Origin: the human T2T-CHM13v2.0 reference genome, Homo sapiens
Assembly (NCBI RefSeq): GCF_009914755.1
Contig: NC_060937.1
Reading direction: 5' to 3' (one strand)
Length of the DNA stretch: 64,000 nucleotides
Below, in pieces: positions 28,701-45,900 of the stretch. The translations under genes and the position numbers were made by a program. The notes beneath the pieces were generated by a model that ran no database searches, was not told where the DNA came from, and saw only the letters and a program-made list of their open reading frames with translations. The first letter of the stretch is position 1. Each line of letters opens with the position of its first letter.

Positions 28701-31700
28701 CCAAAGTACCCCAAATATATATTTTATACTGTACATGAAATATCAAAGTTCACAAACTATATATTATATACTGTACATAAAATATCAAAGTACTCAAGTT
28801 ATATATTCTATACTGTACAAAAATATCAAAGTACCCAAAGCATGTATTATATACTGTACATAAAATATGAAAGTACATGAAATATATATTTTATTCTGTA
28901 CATAAAATATCAAAGTACACCAAATATATATTCTATACTGTACATAAAATATCAAAGTACCCAAACTATACATTATATACTGTACATAAAATATGAAATT
29001 ACATCAAATATATATTATATTAGGTACATAAAATATGAAAGTACATCAAATATAGATTATATACTGTACATAAAATACCAAAGTACCCCAAATATATATT
29101 TTATACTGTACATGAAATATCAAAGTACACAAACTATATATTATATACTGTACATAAAATATCAAAGTACCCAAGGTATATATTCTATACTGTACAAAAA
29201 ATATCAAAGTACCCAAACATGTATTATATACTGTACATGAAATATGAAAGTACATCAAATATATATTTTATTCTGTACATAAAATATCAAAGTACACCAA
29301 ATATATATTCTATAGTGTACATAAAATATCAAAGTACCCAAACTATACCTTATATACTGTACATGAAATATGAAATTACATCAAATATATATTATATTAG
29401 GTACATAAAATATGAAAGTACATCAAATATAGATTATATACTGTACATAAAATACCAAAGTACCCCAAATATATATTTTATACTGTACATGAAATATCAA
29501 AGTTCACAAACTATATATTATATACTGTACATAAAATACCAAAGTACCCAAGGTATATATTCTATACTGTACAAAAAATATCAAAGTGCCCAAACATGTA
29601 TTATATACTGTATATGAAATATGAAAGTACATCAAATATATATTTTATTCTGTACATAAAATATCAAAGTACACCAAATATATATTCTATAGTGTACATA
29701 AAATATAAAAGTACCCAAACTATACCTTATATACTGTACATAAAATATGAAATTACATCAAATATATATTATATTAGGTACATAAAATATGAAAGTACTT
29801 CAAATATAGATTATATACTGTACATAAAATACCAAAGTACCCCAAATATATATTTTATACTGTACATGAAATATCAAAGTTCACAAACTATATATTATAT
29901 ACTGTACATAAAATATCAAAGTACTCAAGTTATATGTTCTATACTGTACAAAAAATATCAAAGTACCCAAAGCATGTATTATATGCTGTACATAAAATAT
30001 GAAAGTACATGAAATATATATTTTATTCTGTACATAAAATATCAAAGTACACCAAATATATATTCTATAGTGTACATAAAATATCAAAGTACCCAAACTA
30101 TACCTTATATACTGTACATAAAATATGAAATTACATCAAATATATATTATATTAGGTACATAAAATATGAAAGTACATCAAATATAGATTATATACTGTA
30201 CATAAAATACCAAAGTACCCCAAATATATATTTTATACTGTACATGAAATATCAAAGTTCACAAACTATATATTATATACTGTACATAAAATATCAAAGT
30301 ACCCAAGGTATATATTCTATACTGTACAAAAAATATCAAAGTACCCAAACATGTATTATATACTGTACATGAAATATGAAAGTACATCAAATATATATTT
30401 TATTCTGTACATAAAATATCAAAGTACACCAAATATATATTCTATAGTGTACATAAAATATCAAAGTACCCAAACTCTACCTTATATACTGTACATAAAA
30501 TATGAAATTACATCAAATATATATTATATTAGGTACATAAAATATGAAAGTACATCAAATATAGATTATATACTGTACATAAAATACCAAAGTACCCCAA
30601 ATATATATTTTATACTGTGCATGAAATATCAAAGTTCACAAACTATATATTATATACTGTACATAAAATATCAAAGTACCCATGGTATATATTCTATACT
30701 GTACAAAAAATATCAAAGTACCCAAACATGTATTATATACTGTACATGAAATATGAAAGTACATCAAATATATATTTTATTCTGTACATAAAATATCAAA
30801 GTACACCAAATATATATTCTATAGTGTACATAAAATATCAAAGTACCCAAACTATACATTATATACTGTACATAAAATAGAAATTACATCAAATATATAT
30901 TATATTAGGTACATAAAATATGAAAGTACATCAAATATAGATTATATACTGTACATAAAATACCAAAGTACCCCAAATATATATTTTATACTGTACATGA
31001 AATATCAAAGTTCACAAACTATATATTATATACTGTACATAAAATATCAAAGTACCCAAGGTATATATTCTATACTGTACAAAAAATATCAAAGTACCCA
31101 AACATGTATTATATACTGTACATGAAATATGAAAGTACATCAAATATATATTTTATTCTGTACATAAAATATCAAAATACACCAAATATATATTCTATAG
31201 TGTACATAAAATATCAAAGTACCCAAACTATACCTTATATACTGTACATAAAATATGAAATTACATCAAATATATATTATATTAGGTACATAAAATATGA
31301 AAGTACATCAAATATAGATTATATACTGTACATAAAATACCAAAGTACCTCAAATATATATTTTATACTGTACATGAAATATCAAAGTTCACAAACTATA
31401 TATTATATACTGTACATAAAATATCAAAGTACCCAAGGTATATATTCTATACTGTACAAAAAATATCAAAGTACCCAAACATGTATTATATACTGTACAT
31501 GAAATATGAAAGTACATCAAATATATATTTTATTCTGTACATAAAATATCAAAGTACACCAAATATATATTCTATAGTGTACATAAAATATCAAAGTACC
31601 CAAACTATACCTTATATACTGTACATAAAATATGAAATTACATCAAATATATATTATATTAGGTACATAAAATATGAAAGTACATCAAATATAGATTATA

Positions 31701-32300
31701 TACTGTACATAAAATACCAAAGTACCCCAAATATATATTTTATACTGTACATGAAATATCAAAGTTCACAAACTATATATTATATACTGTACATAATATA
31801 TCAAAGTACCCAAGGTATATATTCTATACTGTACAAAAAATATCAAAGTACCCAAACATGTATTATATACTGTACATGAAATATGAAAGCACATCAAATA
31901 TATATTTTATTGTGTACAAACAATATCAAAGTACACCAAATATATATTCTATACTGTACATAAAATATCAAAGTACCCAAACTATACATTATATTCTGTA
32001 CATAAAATATGAAATTACATCAAATATATATTAGTTACATAAAATATGAAAGTACATCAAATATAGATTATATACTGTACATAAAATACCAAAGTACCCC
32101 AAATAAATACTTTATACTGTACATGAAATATCAAAGTTCACAAACTATATATTATATACTGCACATAAAATATCAAAGTACCCAAGTTATATATTCTATA
32201 CTGTACAAAAAATATCAAAGTACCCAAAGCATGTATTATATACTGTACATAAAATATGAAAGTACATCAAATATATATTTTATTCTGTACATAAAATATC
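19750..32300 (+). repeat. ~5.4-kb segmental duplication within the array, offset 7168-7170 bp (~19.75-25.1 kb vs ~26.9-32.3 kb)
   Basis: AAAGTAACCC at 20021/27191. ORF pairs 22050/29219, 22427/29596, 22712/29881, 22901/30070, 23182/30351, 23448/30617, 24841/32009. Confidence 0.8.
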
Positions 32301-35300
32301 AAAGTACACCAAATATATATTCTATAGTGTACATAAAATATCAAAGTACCCAAACTATACATTATATACTGTACATAAAATATGAAATTACATCAAATAT
32401 ATATTATATTAGGTAAGTAAAATATGAAAGTACATCAAAAATAGATTATATACTGTACATAAAATACCAAAGTACCCCAAATATATATTTTATATTGTAT
32501 ATGAAATATCAAAGTTCACAAACTATATATTATATACTGTACATAAAATATCAAAGTACCCAAGGTATATATTCTATACTGTACAAATAATATCAAAGTA
32601 CCCAAACATGTATTATATACTGTACATGAAATATGAAAGTACATCAAATATATATTTTATTCTGTACATAAAATATCAAAGTACACCAAATATATATTCT
32701 ATAGTGTACATAAAATATCAAAGTACCCAAACTATACATTATATACTGTACATAAAATATGAAATTACATCAAATATATATTGTATTAGGTACATAAAAT
32801 ATGAAAGTACATCAAATATAGATTATATACTGTACATAAAATACCAAAGTACCCCAAATATATATTTTATACTGTACATGAAATATCAATGTTCACAAAC
32901 TTTATATTATATACTGTACATAAAATATCAAAGTACTCAAGGTATATATTCTATACTGTACAAAAAATATCAAACTACCCAAAGCATGTATTATATACTG
33001 TACATAAAATATGAAAGTACATGAAATATATATTTTATTGTGTACAAACAATATCAAAGTACACCAAATATATATTCTATACTGTACATAAAATATCAAA
33101 GTACCCAAACTATACATTATATACTGTACATAAAATATGAAATTACATCAAATATATATTAGTTACATAAAATATGAAAGTACATCAAATATAGATTATA
33201 TACTGTACATAAAATACCAAAGTACCCCAAATATATATATTATATTGTACATGAAATATCAAAGTTCACAAACTATATATTATATACTGTACATAAAATA
33301 TCAAAGTACCCAAGGTATATATTCTATACTGTACAAAAAATATCAAAGTACCCAAAGCATGTATTATATACTGTACATAAAATATGAAAGTACATCAAAT
33401 ATATATTTTATTCTGTACATAAAATATCAAAGTACACCAAATATATATTCTATACTGTACATAAAATATCAAAGTACCCAAACTATACATTATATACTGT
33501 ACATAAAATATGAAATTACATCAAATATATATTATGCTATGTACAGAAAATATGAAAATACATCAAATATACATTATATACTGTACATAAAATACCAAAG
33601 TACCCCAAATATATATTTTATACTGTACATGAAATATCAAAGTTCACAAACTATATATTATATACTGTACATAAAATATCAAAGTACTCAAGTTATATAT
33701 TCTATACTGTACAAAAAATATCAAAGTACCCAAAGCATGTATTATATACAGTACATAAAATATGAAAGTACATGAAATATATATTTTATTCTGTACATAA
33801 AATATCAAAGTACACCAAAAATATATTCTATAGTGTACATAAAATATCAAAGTACCCAAACTATACCTTATATACTGTACATAAAATATGAAATTACATC
33901 AAATATATATTATATTAGGTACATAAAATATGAAAGTACATCAAATATAGATTATATACTGTGCATAAAATACCAAAGTACCCCAAATATATATTTTATA
34001 CTGTACATGAAATATCAAAGTTCACAAACTATATATTATATACTGTACATAAAATATCAAAGTACCCAAGGTATATATTCTATACTGTACAAAAAATATC
34101 AAAGTACCCAAACATGTATTATATACTGTACATGAAATATGAAAGTACATCAAATATATATTTTATTCTGTACATAAAATATCAAAGTACACCAAATATA
34201 TATTCTATAGTGTACATAAAATATCAAAGTACCCAAACTATACCTTATATACTGTACATAAAATATGAAATTACATCAAATATATATTATATTAGGTACA
34301 TAAAATATGAAAGTACATCAAATATAGATTATATACTGTACATAAAATACCAAAGTACCCCAAATATATATTTTATACTGTACATGAAATATCAAAGTTC
34401 ACAAACTATATATTATATACTGTACATAAAATATCAAAGTACCCAAGGTATATATTCTATACTGTACAAAAAATATCAAAGTACCCAAACATGTATTATA
34501 TACTGTACATGAAATATGAAAGTACATCAAATATATATTTTATTCTGTACATAAAATATCAAAGTACACCAAATATGTATTCTATAGTGTACATAAAATA
34601 TCAAAGTACCCAAACTATACATTATATACTGTACATAAAATATGAAATTACATCAAATATATATTATATTAGGTACATAAAATATGAAAGTACATCAAAT
34701 ATAGATTATATACTGTACATAAAATACCAAAGTACCCCAAATATATATTTTATACTGTACATGAAATATCAAATTTCACAAACTATATATTATATACTGT
34801 ACATAAAATATCAAAGTACTCATGTTATATATTCTATACTGTACAAAAAATATCAAGGTACCCAAAGCATGTATTATATACTGTACATAAAATATGAAAG
34901 TACATGAAATATATATTTTATTGTGTACAAACAATATCAAAGTACACCAAATATATATTCTATACTGTACATAAAATATCAAAGTTCCCAAACTATACAT
35001 TATATACTGTACATAAAATATGAAATTATATCAAATATATATTAGTTACATAAAATATGAAAGTACATCAAATATATATTTTATTCTGTACATAAAGTAT
35101 CAAAGTACACCGAATATATATTCTATACTGTACATAAAATATCAAAATACCCAAACTATACATTATATACTGTACATAAAATATGAAATTACATCAAATA
35201 TATATTATGTTATGTAGAGAAAATATGAAAATACATCAAATATAGATTATATACTGTACATAAAATACCAAAGTACCCCAAATATATATTTTATACTGTA

Positions 35301-36849
35301 CATGAAATATCAAAGTTCACAAACTATATATTATATACTGTACATAAAATATCAAAGTACTCAAGTTATATATTCTATACTGTACAAAAAATATCAAAGT
35401 ACCCAAAGCATGTATTATATACTGTACATAAAATATGAAAGTACATGAAATATATATTTTATTCTGTACATAAAATATCAAAGTACACCAAATATATATT
35501 CTATAGTGTACATAAAATATCAAAGTACCCAAACTATATCTTATATACTGTACATAAAATATGAAATTACATCAAATATATATTATATTAGGTACATAAA
35601 ATATGAAAGTACATCAAATATAGATTATATAGTGTACATAAAATACCAAAGTACCCCAAATATATATTTTATACTGTACATGAAATATCAAAGTTCACAA
35701 ACTATATATTATATACTGTACATAAAATATCAAAGTACCCAAGGTATATATTCTATACTGTACAAAAAATATCAAAGTACCCAAACATGTATTATATACT
35801 GTACATGAAATATGAAAGTACATCAAATATATATTTTATTCTGTACATAAAATATCAAAGTACACCAAATATATATTCTATAGTGTACATAAAATATCAA
35901 AGTACCCAAACTATACCTTATATACTGTACATAAAATATGAAATTACATCAAATATATATTATATTAGGTACATAAAATATGAAAGTACATCAAATATAG
36001 ATTATATACTGTACATAAAATACCAAAGTACCCCAAATATATATTTTATACTCTACATGAAATATCAAAGTTCACAAACTATATATTATATACTGTACAT
36101 AAAATATCAAAGTACCCAAGGTATATATTCTATACTGTACAAAAAATATCAAAATACCCAAACATGTATTATATACTGTACATGAAATATGAAAGTACAT
36201 CAAATATATATTTTATTCTGTACATAAAATATCAAAGTACACCAAATATATATTCTATAGTGTACATAAAATATCAAAGTACCCAAACTATACCTTATAT
36301 ACTGTACATAAAATATGAAATTACATCAAATATATATTATATTAGGTACATAAAATATGAAAGTACATCAAATATAGATTATATACTGTACATAAAATAC
36401 AAAAGTACCCCAAATATATATTTTATACTGTACATGAAATATCAAAGTTCACAAACTATATATTATATACTGTGCATAAAATATCAAAGTACCCAAGGTA
36501 TATATTCTATACTGTACAAAAAATATCAAAGTACCCAAAGCATGTATTATATACTGTACATGAAATATGAAAGTACATCAAATATATATTTTATTCTGTA
36601 CATAAAATATCAAAGTACACCAAATATATATTCTATAGTGTACATAAAATATCAAAGTAACCAAACTATACCTTATATACTGTACATAAAATATGAAATT
36701 ACATCAAATATATATTATATTAGGTACATAAAATATGAAAGTACATCAAATATAGATTATATACTGTACATAAAATACCAAAGTACCCCAAATATATATT
36801 TTATACTGTACATGAAATATCAAAGTTCACAAACTATATATTATATACT

Positions 36850-39800
36850 GCACATAAAATATCAAAGTACCCAAGGTATATATTCTATACTGTACAAAAT
36901 ATATCAAAGTACCCAAACCATGTATTATATACTGTACATAAAATATGAAAGTACATCAAATATATATTTTATTCTGTACATAAAATATCAAAGTACACCA
37001 AATATATATTCTATAGTGTACATAAAATATTAAAGTACAAATACTATACAATATATACTGTTCATAAAATATGAAATTACATCAAATATATATTATATTA
37101 GGTACATAAAATATGAAAGTACATCAAATATAGATTATATACTGTACATAAAATACCAAAGTACCCCAAATATATATTTTATACTGTACATGAAATATCG
37201 AAGTTCACAAACTATATATTATATACTGTACATAAAATATCAAAGTACCCAAGGTATATATTTTATACTGTACAAAAAATATCAAAGTACCGAAAGCATG
37301 TATTATATACTGTACATAAAATATGAAAGTACATGAAATATATATTTTACTCTGTACAAAAAATATCAACGTACACCAAATATATATTCTATAGTGTACA
37401 TAAAATATCAAAGTACCCAAACTATACATTATATACTGTACATAAAATATGAAATTACATCAAACATATATTATATTAGTTACATAAAATATGAAAGTAC
37501 ATCAAATATAGATTATATACTGTACATAAAATACCAAAGTACCCCAAATATATATTTTATACTGTACATGAAATATCAAAGTTCACAAACTATATATTAT
37601 ATACTGCACATAAAATATCAAAGTACCCAAGTTATATATTCTATACTGTACAAAAAATATCAAAGTACCCAAACCATGTATTATATACTGTACATAAAAT
37701 ATGAAAGTACATCAAATATATATTTTATTCTGTACATAAAATATCAAAGTACACCAAATATATATTCTATAGAGTACATAAAATATTAAAGTACAAAAAC
37801 TATACAATATATACTGTTCATAAAATATGAAATTACATCAAATATATATTATATTAGGTACATAAAATATGAAAGTACATCAAATATAGATTATATACTG
37901 TACATAAAATACCAAAGTACCCCAAATATATATTTTATACTGTACATGAAATATCCAAGTTCACAAACTATATATTATATACTGTACATAAAATATCAAA
38001 ATACCCAAGGTATATATTTTATACTGTACAAAAAATATCAAAGTACCGAAAGCATGTATTATATACTGTACATAAAATATGAAAGTACATGAAATATATA
38101 TTTTATTCTGTACAAAAAATATCAAAGTACACCAAATATATATTCTATAGTGTACATAAAATATCAAAGTACCCAAACTATACATTATATACTGTACATA
38201 AAATATGAAATTACATCAAACATATATTATATTAGTTACATAAAATATGAAAGTACATCAAATATAGATTATATACTGTACATAAAATACCAAAGTACCC
38301 CAAATATATATTTTATACTGTACATGAAATATCAAAGTTCACAAACTATATAATATATACTGTACATAAAATATCAAAGTACCCAAGTTATATATTCTAT
38401 ACTGTACAAAAAATATCAAAGTACCCACACCATGTATTATATACTGTACATAAAATATGAAAGTACATCAAATATATATTTTATTCTGTACATAAAATAT
38501 CAAAGTACACCAAATATATATTCTATAGTGTACATAAAATATTAAAGTACAAAAACTATACAATATATACTGTTCATAAAATATGAAATTACATCAAATA
38601 TATATTATATTAGGTACATAAAATATGAAAGTACATCAAATATAGATTATATACTGTACATAAAATACCAAAGTACCCCAAATATATATTTTATACTGTA
38701 CATGAAATATCGAAGTTCACAAACTATATATTATATACTGTACATAAAATATCAAAGTACCCAAGGTATATATTTTATACTGTACAAAAAATATCAAAGT
38801 ACCGAAAGCATGTATTATATACTGTACATAAAATATGAAAGTACATGAAATATATATTTTACTCTGTACAAAAAATATCAACGTACACCAAATATATATT
38901 CTATAGTGTACATAAAATATCAAAGTACCCAAACTATACATTATATACTGTACATAAAATATGAAATTACATCAAACATATATTATATTAGTTACATAAA
39001 ATATGAAAGTACATCAAATATAGATTATATACTGTACATAAAATACCAAAGTACCCCAAATATATATTTTATACTGTACATGAAATATCAAAGTTCACAA
39101 ACTATATATTATATACTGTACATAAAATATCAAAGTACCCAAGTTATATATTCTATACTGTACAAAAAATATCAAAGTACCCAAACCATGTATTATATAC
39201 TGTACATAAAATATGAAAGTACATCAAATATATATTTTATTCTGTACATAAAATATCAAACTACACCAAATATATATTCTATAGTGTACATAAAATATTA
39301 AACTACAAAAACTATACAATATATACTGTTCATAAAATATGAAATTACATCAAATATATATTATATTAGGTACATAAAATATTAAAGTACATCAAATATA
39401 GATTATATACTGTACATAAAATACCATAGTACCCCAAATATATATTTTATACTGTACATGAAATATCCAAGTTCACAAACTATATATTATATACTGTACA
39501 TAAAATATCAAAGTACCCAAGGTATATATTTTATACTGTACAAAAAATATCAAAGTACCAAAAGCATGTATTATATACTGTACATAAAATATGAAAGTAC
39601 ATGAAATATATATTTTATTCTGTACAAAAAATATCAAAGTACACCAAATATATATTCTATAGTGTACATAAAATATCAAAGTACCCAAACTATACGTTAC
39701 ATACTGTACATAAAATGTGAAATTACATCAAATATATATTATATTAGGTACATAAAATATGAAAGTACATCAAATATAGATTATATACTGTACATAAAAT

Positions 39801-42800
39801 ACCAAAGTACTCCAAATATATATTTTATAGTGTACATGCAATATCAAAGTTCACAAACTATATATAATATACTGTACATAAAATATGAATGTACCCAAGG
39901 TATATATTCTATACTGTACAAACAGTATCAAAGTACCCAAACCATGTATTATATACTGTACATAAAATATGAAAGTACATCAAATATATATTTTATTCTG
40001 TACATAAAATATCAAAGTACACCAAATATATATTCTATAGTGTACATAAAATATTAAAGTACAAAAACTATACAATATATACTGTTCATAAAATATGAAA
40101 TTACATCAAATATATATTATATTAGGTACATAAAATATTAAAGTACATCAAATATGGATTATATACTGTACATAAAATACCATAGTACCCCAAATATATA
40201 TTTTATACTGTACATGAAATATCCAAGTTCACAAACTATATATTATATACTGTACATAAAATATCAAAGTACCCAAAGTATATATTTTATACTGTACAAA
40301 AAATATCAAAGTACCGAAAACATGTATTATATACTGTACATAAAATATGAAAGTACATGAAATATATATTTTATACTGTACATAAAATATCAAAGTACAC
40401 CAAATATATATTCTATAGTGTACATAAAATATCAAAGTACCCAAACTATACGTTACATACTGTACATAAAATATGAAATTACATCAAATATATATTATAT
40501 TAGGTACATAAAATATGAAAGTACATCAAATATAGATTATATACTGTACATAAAATACCAAAGTACCCCAAATATATATTTTATACTCTACATGAAATAT
40601 CAAAGTTCACAAACTATATATTATATACTGTACATAAAATATGAATGTACCCAAGGTATATATTCTATACTGTACAAACAGTATCAAAGTACCCAAACCA
40701 TGTATTATATACTGTACATAAAATATGAAAGTGCATCAAATATATATTTTATTCTGTACATAAAATATCAAAGTACACCAAATATATATTCTATAGTGTA
40801 CATAAAATATTAAAGTACAAAAACTATACAATATATACTGTTCATAAAATATGAAATTACATCAAATATATATTATATTAGGTACATAAAATATGAAAGT
40901 ACATCAAATATAGATTATATACTGTACATAAAATACCAAAGTACCCCAAATATATATTTTATACTGTACATGAAATATCGAAGTTCACAAACTATATATT
41001 ATATACTGTACATAAAATATCAAAGTACCCAAGGTATATATTTTATACTGTACAAAAAATATCAAAGTACCGAAAGCATGTATTATATACTGTACATAAA
41101 ATATGAAAGTACATGAAATATATATTTTACTCTGTACAAAAAATATCAACGTACACCAAATATATATTCTATAGTGTACATAAAATATCAAAGTACCCAA
41201 ACTATACATTATATACTGTACATAAAATATGAAATTACATCAAACATATATTATATTAGTTACATAAAATATGAAAGTACATCAAATATAGATTATATAC
41301 TGTACATAAAATACCAAAGTACCCCAAATATATATTTTATACTGTACATGAAATATCAAAGTTCACAAACTATATATTATATACTGTACATAAAATATCA
41401 AAGTACCCAAGTTATATATTCTATACTGTACAAAAAATATCAAAGTACCCAAACCATGTATTATATACTGTACATAAAATATGAAAGTACATCAAATATA
41501 TATTTTATTCTGTACATAAAATATCAAACTACACCAAATATATATTCTATAGTGTACATAAAATATTAAACTACAAAAACTATACAATATATACTGTTCA
41601 TAAAATATGAAATTACATCAAATATATATTATATTAGGTACATAAAATATTAAAGTACATCAAATATAGATTATATACTGTACATAAAATACCATAGTAC
41701 CCCAAATATATATTTTATACTGTACATGAAATATCCAAGTTCACAAACTATATATTATATACTGTACATAAAATATCAAAGTACCCAAGATATATATTTT
41801 ATACTGTACAAAAAATATCAAAGTACCGAAAGCATGTATTATATACTGTACATAAAATATGAAAGTACATGAAATATATATTTTATTCTGTACAAAAAAT
41901 ATCAAAGTACACCAAATATATATTCTATAGTGTACATAAAATATCAAAGTACCCAAACTATACGTTACATACTGTACATAAAATGTGAAATTACATCAAA
42001 TATATATTATATTAGGTACATAAAATATGAAAGTACATCAAATATAGATTATATACTGTACATAAAATACCAAAGTACCCCAAATATATATTTTATAGTG
42101 TACATGCAATATCAAAGTTCACAAACTATATATTATATACTGTACATAAAATATGAATGTACCCAAGGTATATATTCTATACTGTACAAACAGTATCAAA
42201 GTACCCAAACCATGTATTATATACTGTACATAAAATATGAAAGTACATCAAATATATATTTTATTCTGTACATAAAATATCAAAGTACACCAAATATATA
42301 TTCTATAGTGTACATAAAATATTAAAGTACAAAAACTATACAATATATACTGTTCATAAAATATGAAATTACATCAAATATATATTATATTAGGTACATA
42401 AAATATTAAAGTACATCAAATATAGATTATATACTGTACATAAAATACCATAGTACCCCAAATATATATTTTATACTGTACATGAAATATCCAAGTTCAC
42501 AAACTATATATTATATACTGTACATAAAATATCAAAGTACCCAAGGTATATATTTTATACTGTACAAAAAATATCAAAGTACCGAAAACATGTATTATAT
42601 ACTGTACATAAAATATGAAAGTACATGAAATATATATTTTATACTGTACATAAAATATCAAAGTACACCAAATATATATTCTATAGTGTACATAAAATAT
42701 CAAAGTACCCAAACTATACGTTACATACTGTACATAAAATATGAAATTACATCAAATATATATTATATTAGGTACATAAAATATGAAAGTACATCAAATA

Positions 42801-42990
42801 TAGATTATATACTGTACATAAAATACCAAAGTACCCCAAATATATATTTTATACTCTACATGAAATATCAAAGTTCACAAACTATATATTATATACTGTA
42901 CATAAAATATGAATGTACCCAAGGTATATATTCTATACTGTACAAACAGTATCAAAGTACCCAAACCATGTATTATATACTGTACATAAA
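36850..42990 (+). repeat. 756-bp (18-mer, two-HOR) nested tandem repeat, about 8 copies, including a 2268-bp tandem duplication
   Basis: Marker TATTAAA(G/C)TACAAAAACTATACAATATATACTGTTCAT recurs every 756 bp (ORF stops at 37033, 37789, 39301, 40057, 40813, 41569, 42325; also present near 38545). ORF pairs 38717/40985, 38906/41174, 39473/41741, 39662/41930, 40229/42497, 40418/42686 are 2268 bp apart. Confidence 0.9.
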
Positions 42991-42999
42991 ATATGAAAG

Positions 43000-45900
43000 C
43001 GCATCAAATATATATTTTATTCTGTACATAAAATATCAAAGTACACCAAATATATATTCTATACTGTACATAAAATATCAAAGTACCCAAACTATACATT
43101 ATATAGTGTACATAAAATATGAAATTACATCAAATATATATTATATTAGGTACAGAAAATATGAAAATACATCCAATATAGATTATATACTGTACATAAA
43201 ATACCAAAGTACCACAAATGTATATTTTATACTGTACATGAAATATCAAATTTCACAAGCTATATATCATATACTGTACATAAAATATCAAAGTACTCAA
43301 GGTATATATTCTATACTGTACAAAAAATATCAAAGTACCCAAAGCATGTATTATATACTGTACATAAAATATGAAAGTACATCAAATATATTTTTATTCT
43401 GTACAAAAAATATCAAAGTACACCAAATATATATTCTATACTGTACATAAAATATTAAAGTACCCAAACTATACATTATATACTGTACATAAAATATGAA
43501 TTTAAATCAAATATATATTATATTAGGTACAGAAAATATGAAAGTACATCAAATATAGATTATATACTCTACATAAAATATCAAAGTACCCCAGATATAT
43601 ATAATATACTGTACATGAAATATCAAAGTTCACAAACTATATATTATATACTGTACCTAAAATATGAATGTACCCAAGGTATATATTCTATACTATACAA
43701 AAACTATCAAAGTACCCAAAACATGTAATATATACTATACATAAAATATGAAAGTGCATCAAATATATATTTTATTCTGTACATAAAATATAAAAGTACA
43801 CCAAATTTATATTCTATACTGTACATAAAATATCAAAGTACACAAACTATACATTATATACAGAACATAAAATATGAAATTACATCAAATATATATTAGT
43901 TACATAAAATATTAAAGTACATCAAATATAGATTTTATACTGTACTTAAAATACCAAAGTACCCCAAATATATATATTATATTGTACATGAAATATCAAA
44001 GTTCACAAACTATATATTATATACTGCACATAAAATATCAAATCACCCAAGGTATATATTCTATACTGTACAAAAAATATCAAAGTACCCAAAGCATGTA
44101 TTATATACTGTACATAAAATATGAAAGTACATCAAATATATATTTTATTCTGTACATAAAATATCAAAGTACACCAAATATATATTCTATAGTGTACATA
44201 AAATATCAAAGTACCCAAACTATACATTATATACTGTACATAAAATATGAAATTACATCAAATATATATTATATTAGGTACATAAAATATGAAAGTACAT
44301 CAAAAATAGATTATATACTGTACATAAAATACCAAAGTACCCCAAATATATATTTTATATTGTACATGAAATATCAAAGTTCACAAACTATATATTATAT
44401 ACTGTACATAAAATATCAAAGTACCCAAGGTATATATTCTATACTGTACAAAAAATATCAAAGTACCCAAAGCATGTATTATATACTGTACATAAAATAT
44501 GAAAGTACATCAAATATATATTTTATTCTGTACATAAAATATCAAAGTACACCAAAAATATATTCTATACTGTACATAAAATATCAAAGTACCCAAACTA
44601 TACATTATATACTGTACATAAAATATGAAATTACATCAAATATATATTATATTAGGTACAGAAAATATGAAAATACATCCAATATAGATTATATACTGTA
44701 CATAAAATACCAAAGTACCCCAAATGTATATTTTATACTGTACATGAAATATCAAAGTTCACAAGCTATATATTATATACTGTACATAAAATATCAAAGT
44801 ACTCATGGTATCTATTCTATACTCTACAAAAAATATCAAAGTACTCAAAGCATGTATTATATACTGTACATAAAATATGAAAGTACATCTAATATATATT
44901 TTATTCTGTACAAAAAATATCAAAGTTTACCAAATATATATTCTATACTGTACATAAAATATCAAAGTACCCAAACTATACATTATATACTGCACATAAA
45001 ATATGAAATTACATCAAATATATATTATATTAGGTACAGAAAATATGAAAGTACATCAAATATAGATTATATACTGTACATAAAATATCAAAGTACCCCA
45101 AATATATATAATATACTGTACATGAAATATCAAAGTTCACAAACTATATATTACATACTGTACATAAAATATGAATGTACCCAAGTTATATATTCTATAC
45201 TATACAAAAAGTATCAAAGTACCCAAAACATGTATTATATACTGTACATAAAATATGAAAGTGCATCAAATATATATTTGATTCTGTACATAAAATATCA
45301 AAGTACACCAAATATATATTCTATACTGTACATAAAATATCAAAGTACCCAAACTATACATTATATACTGTACATAAAATATGAAATTACATCAAATATA
45401 TATTAGGTACATAAAATATGAAAGTACATCAACTATAGATTATATACCGTACATAAAATACCAAAGTACCCCAAATAAATATTTTATACTGTACATGAAA
45501 CATCAAAGTTCACAAACTATATATTATATACTGCACATAAAATATCAAATCACCCAAGGTATATATTCTATACTGTACAAAAAATATCAAAGAACCCAAA
45601 GCATGTATTACATACTGTACATAAAATATGAAAGTACATAAAATATATATTTTATTCTGTACATAAAATATCAAAGTCCACCAAATATATATTCTATACT
45701 GTACATAAAATATCAAAGTACCCAAACTATACATTATATACTGTACATAAAATATGAAATTACATCAAATATATATTATATTAGGTACATAAAATATGAA
45801 AGTATATCAAATATAGATTATATACTGTACATAATATACCAAAGTACCCCAAATATATATTTTATACTGTACATGAAATATCCAAGTTCACAAACTATAT

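Larger units (their letters stand above)
1..36200 (+). repeat. HSat1A sub-domain rich in the 377-bp HOR variant (1-bp deletion CCCAAAGCATG>CCCAAACATG in monomer 9)
   Basis: The deletion recurs (ORF starts at 688, 2361, 2738, 3491, 3868, 4621 ... 35787, 36164), linked to a downstream TGTACATG variant. I did not see it to the right of about 36.2 kb. Confidence 0.85.

Noticed and set aside
24841-28863. 1340-aa ORF, plus 768, 584, 503 and 474-aa ORFs and all other + strand Y/I/K-rich ORFs
   Set aside because: 42 and 378 are multiples of 3 and one consensus frame has no stop, so indel-free stretches read open. Stops and frameshifts (377-bp deletion, TCA>TGA, CAA>TAA in the 756-bp unit) are freely amplified, which argues against coding constraint. 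The long ORF simply marks a run of intact 378-bp HORs.
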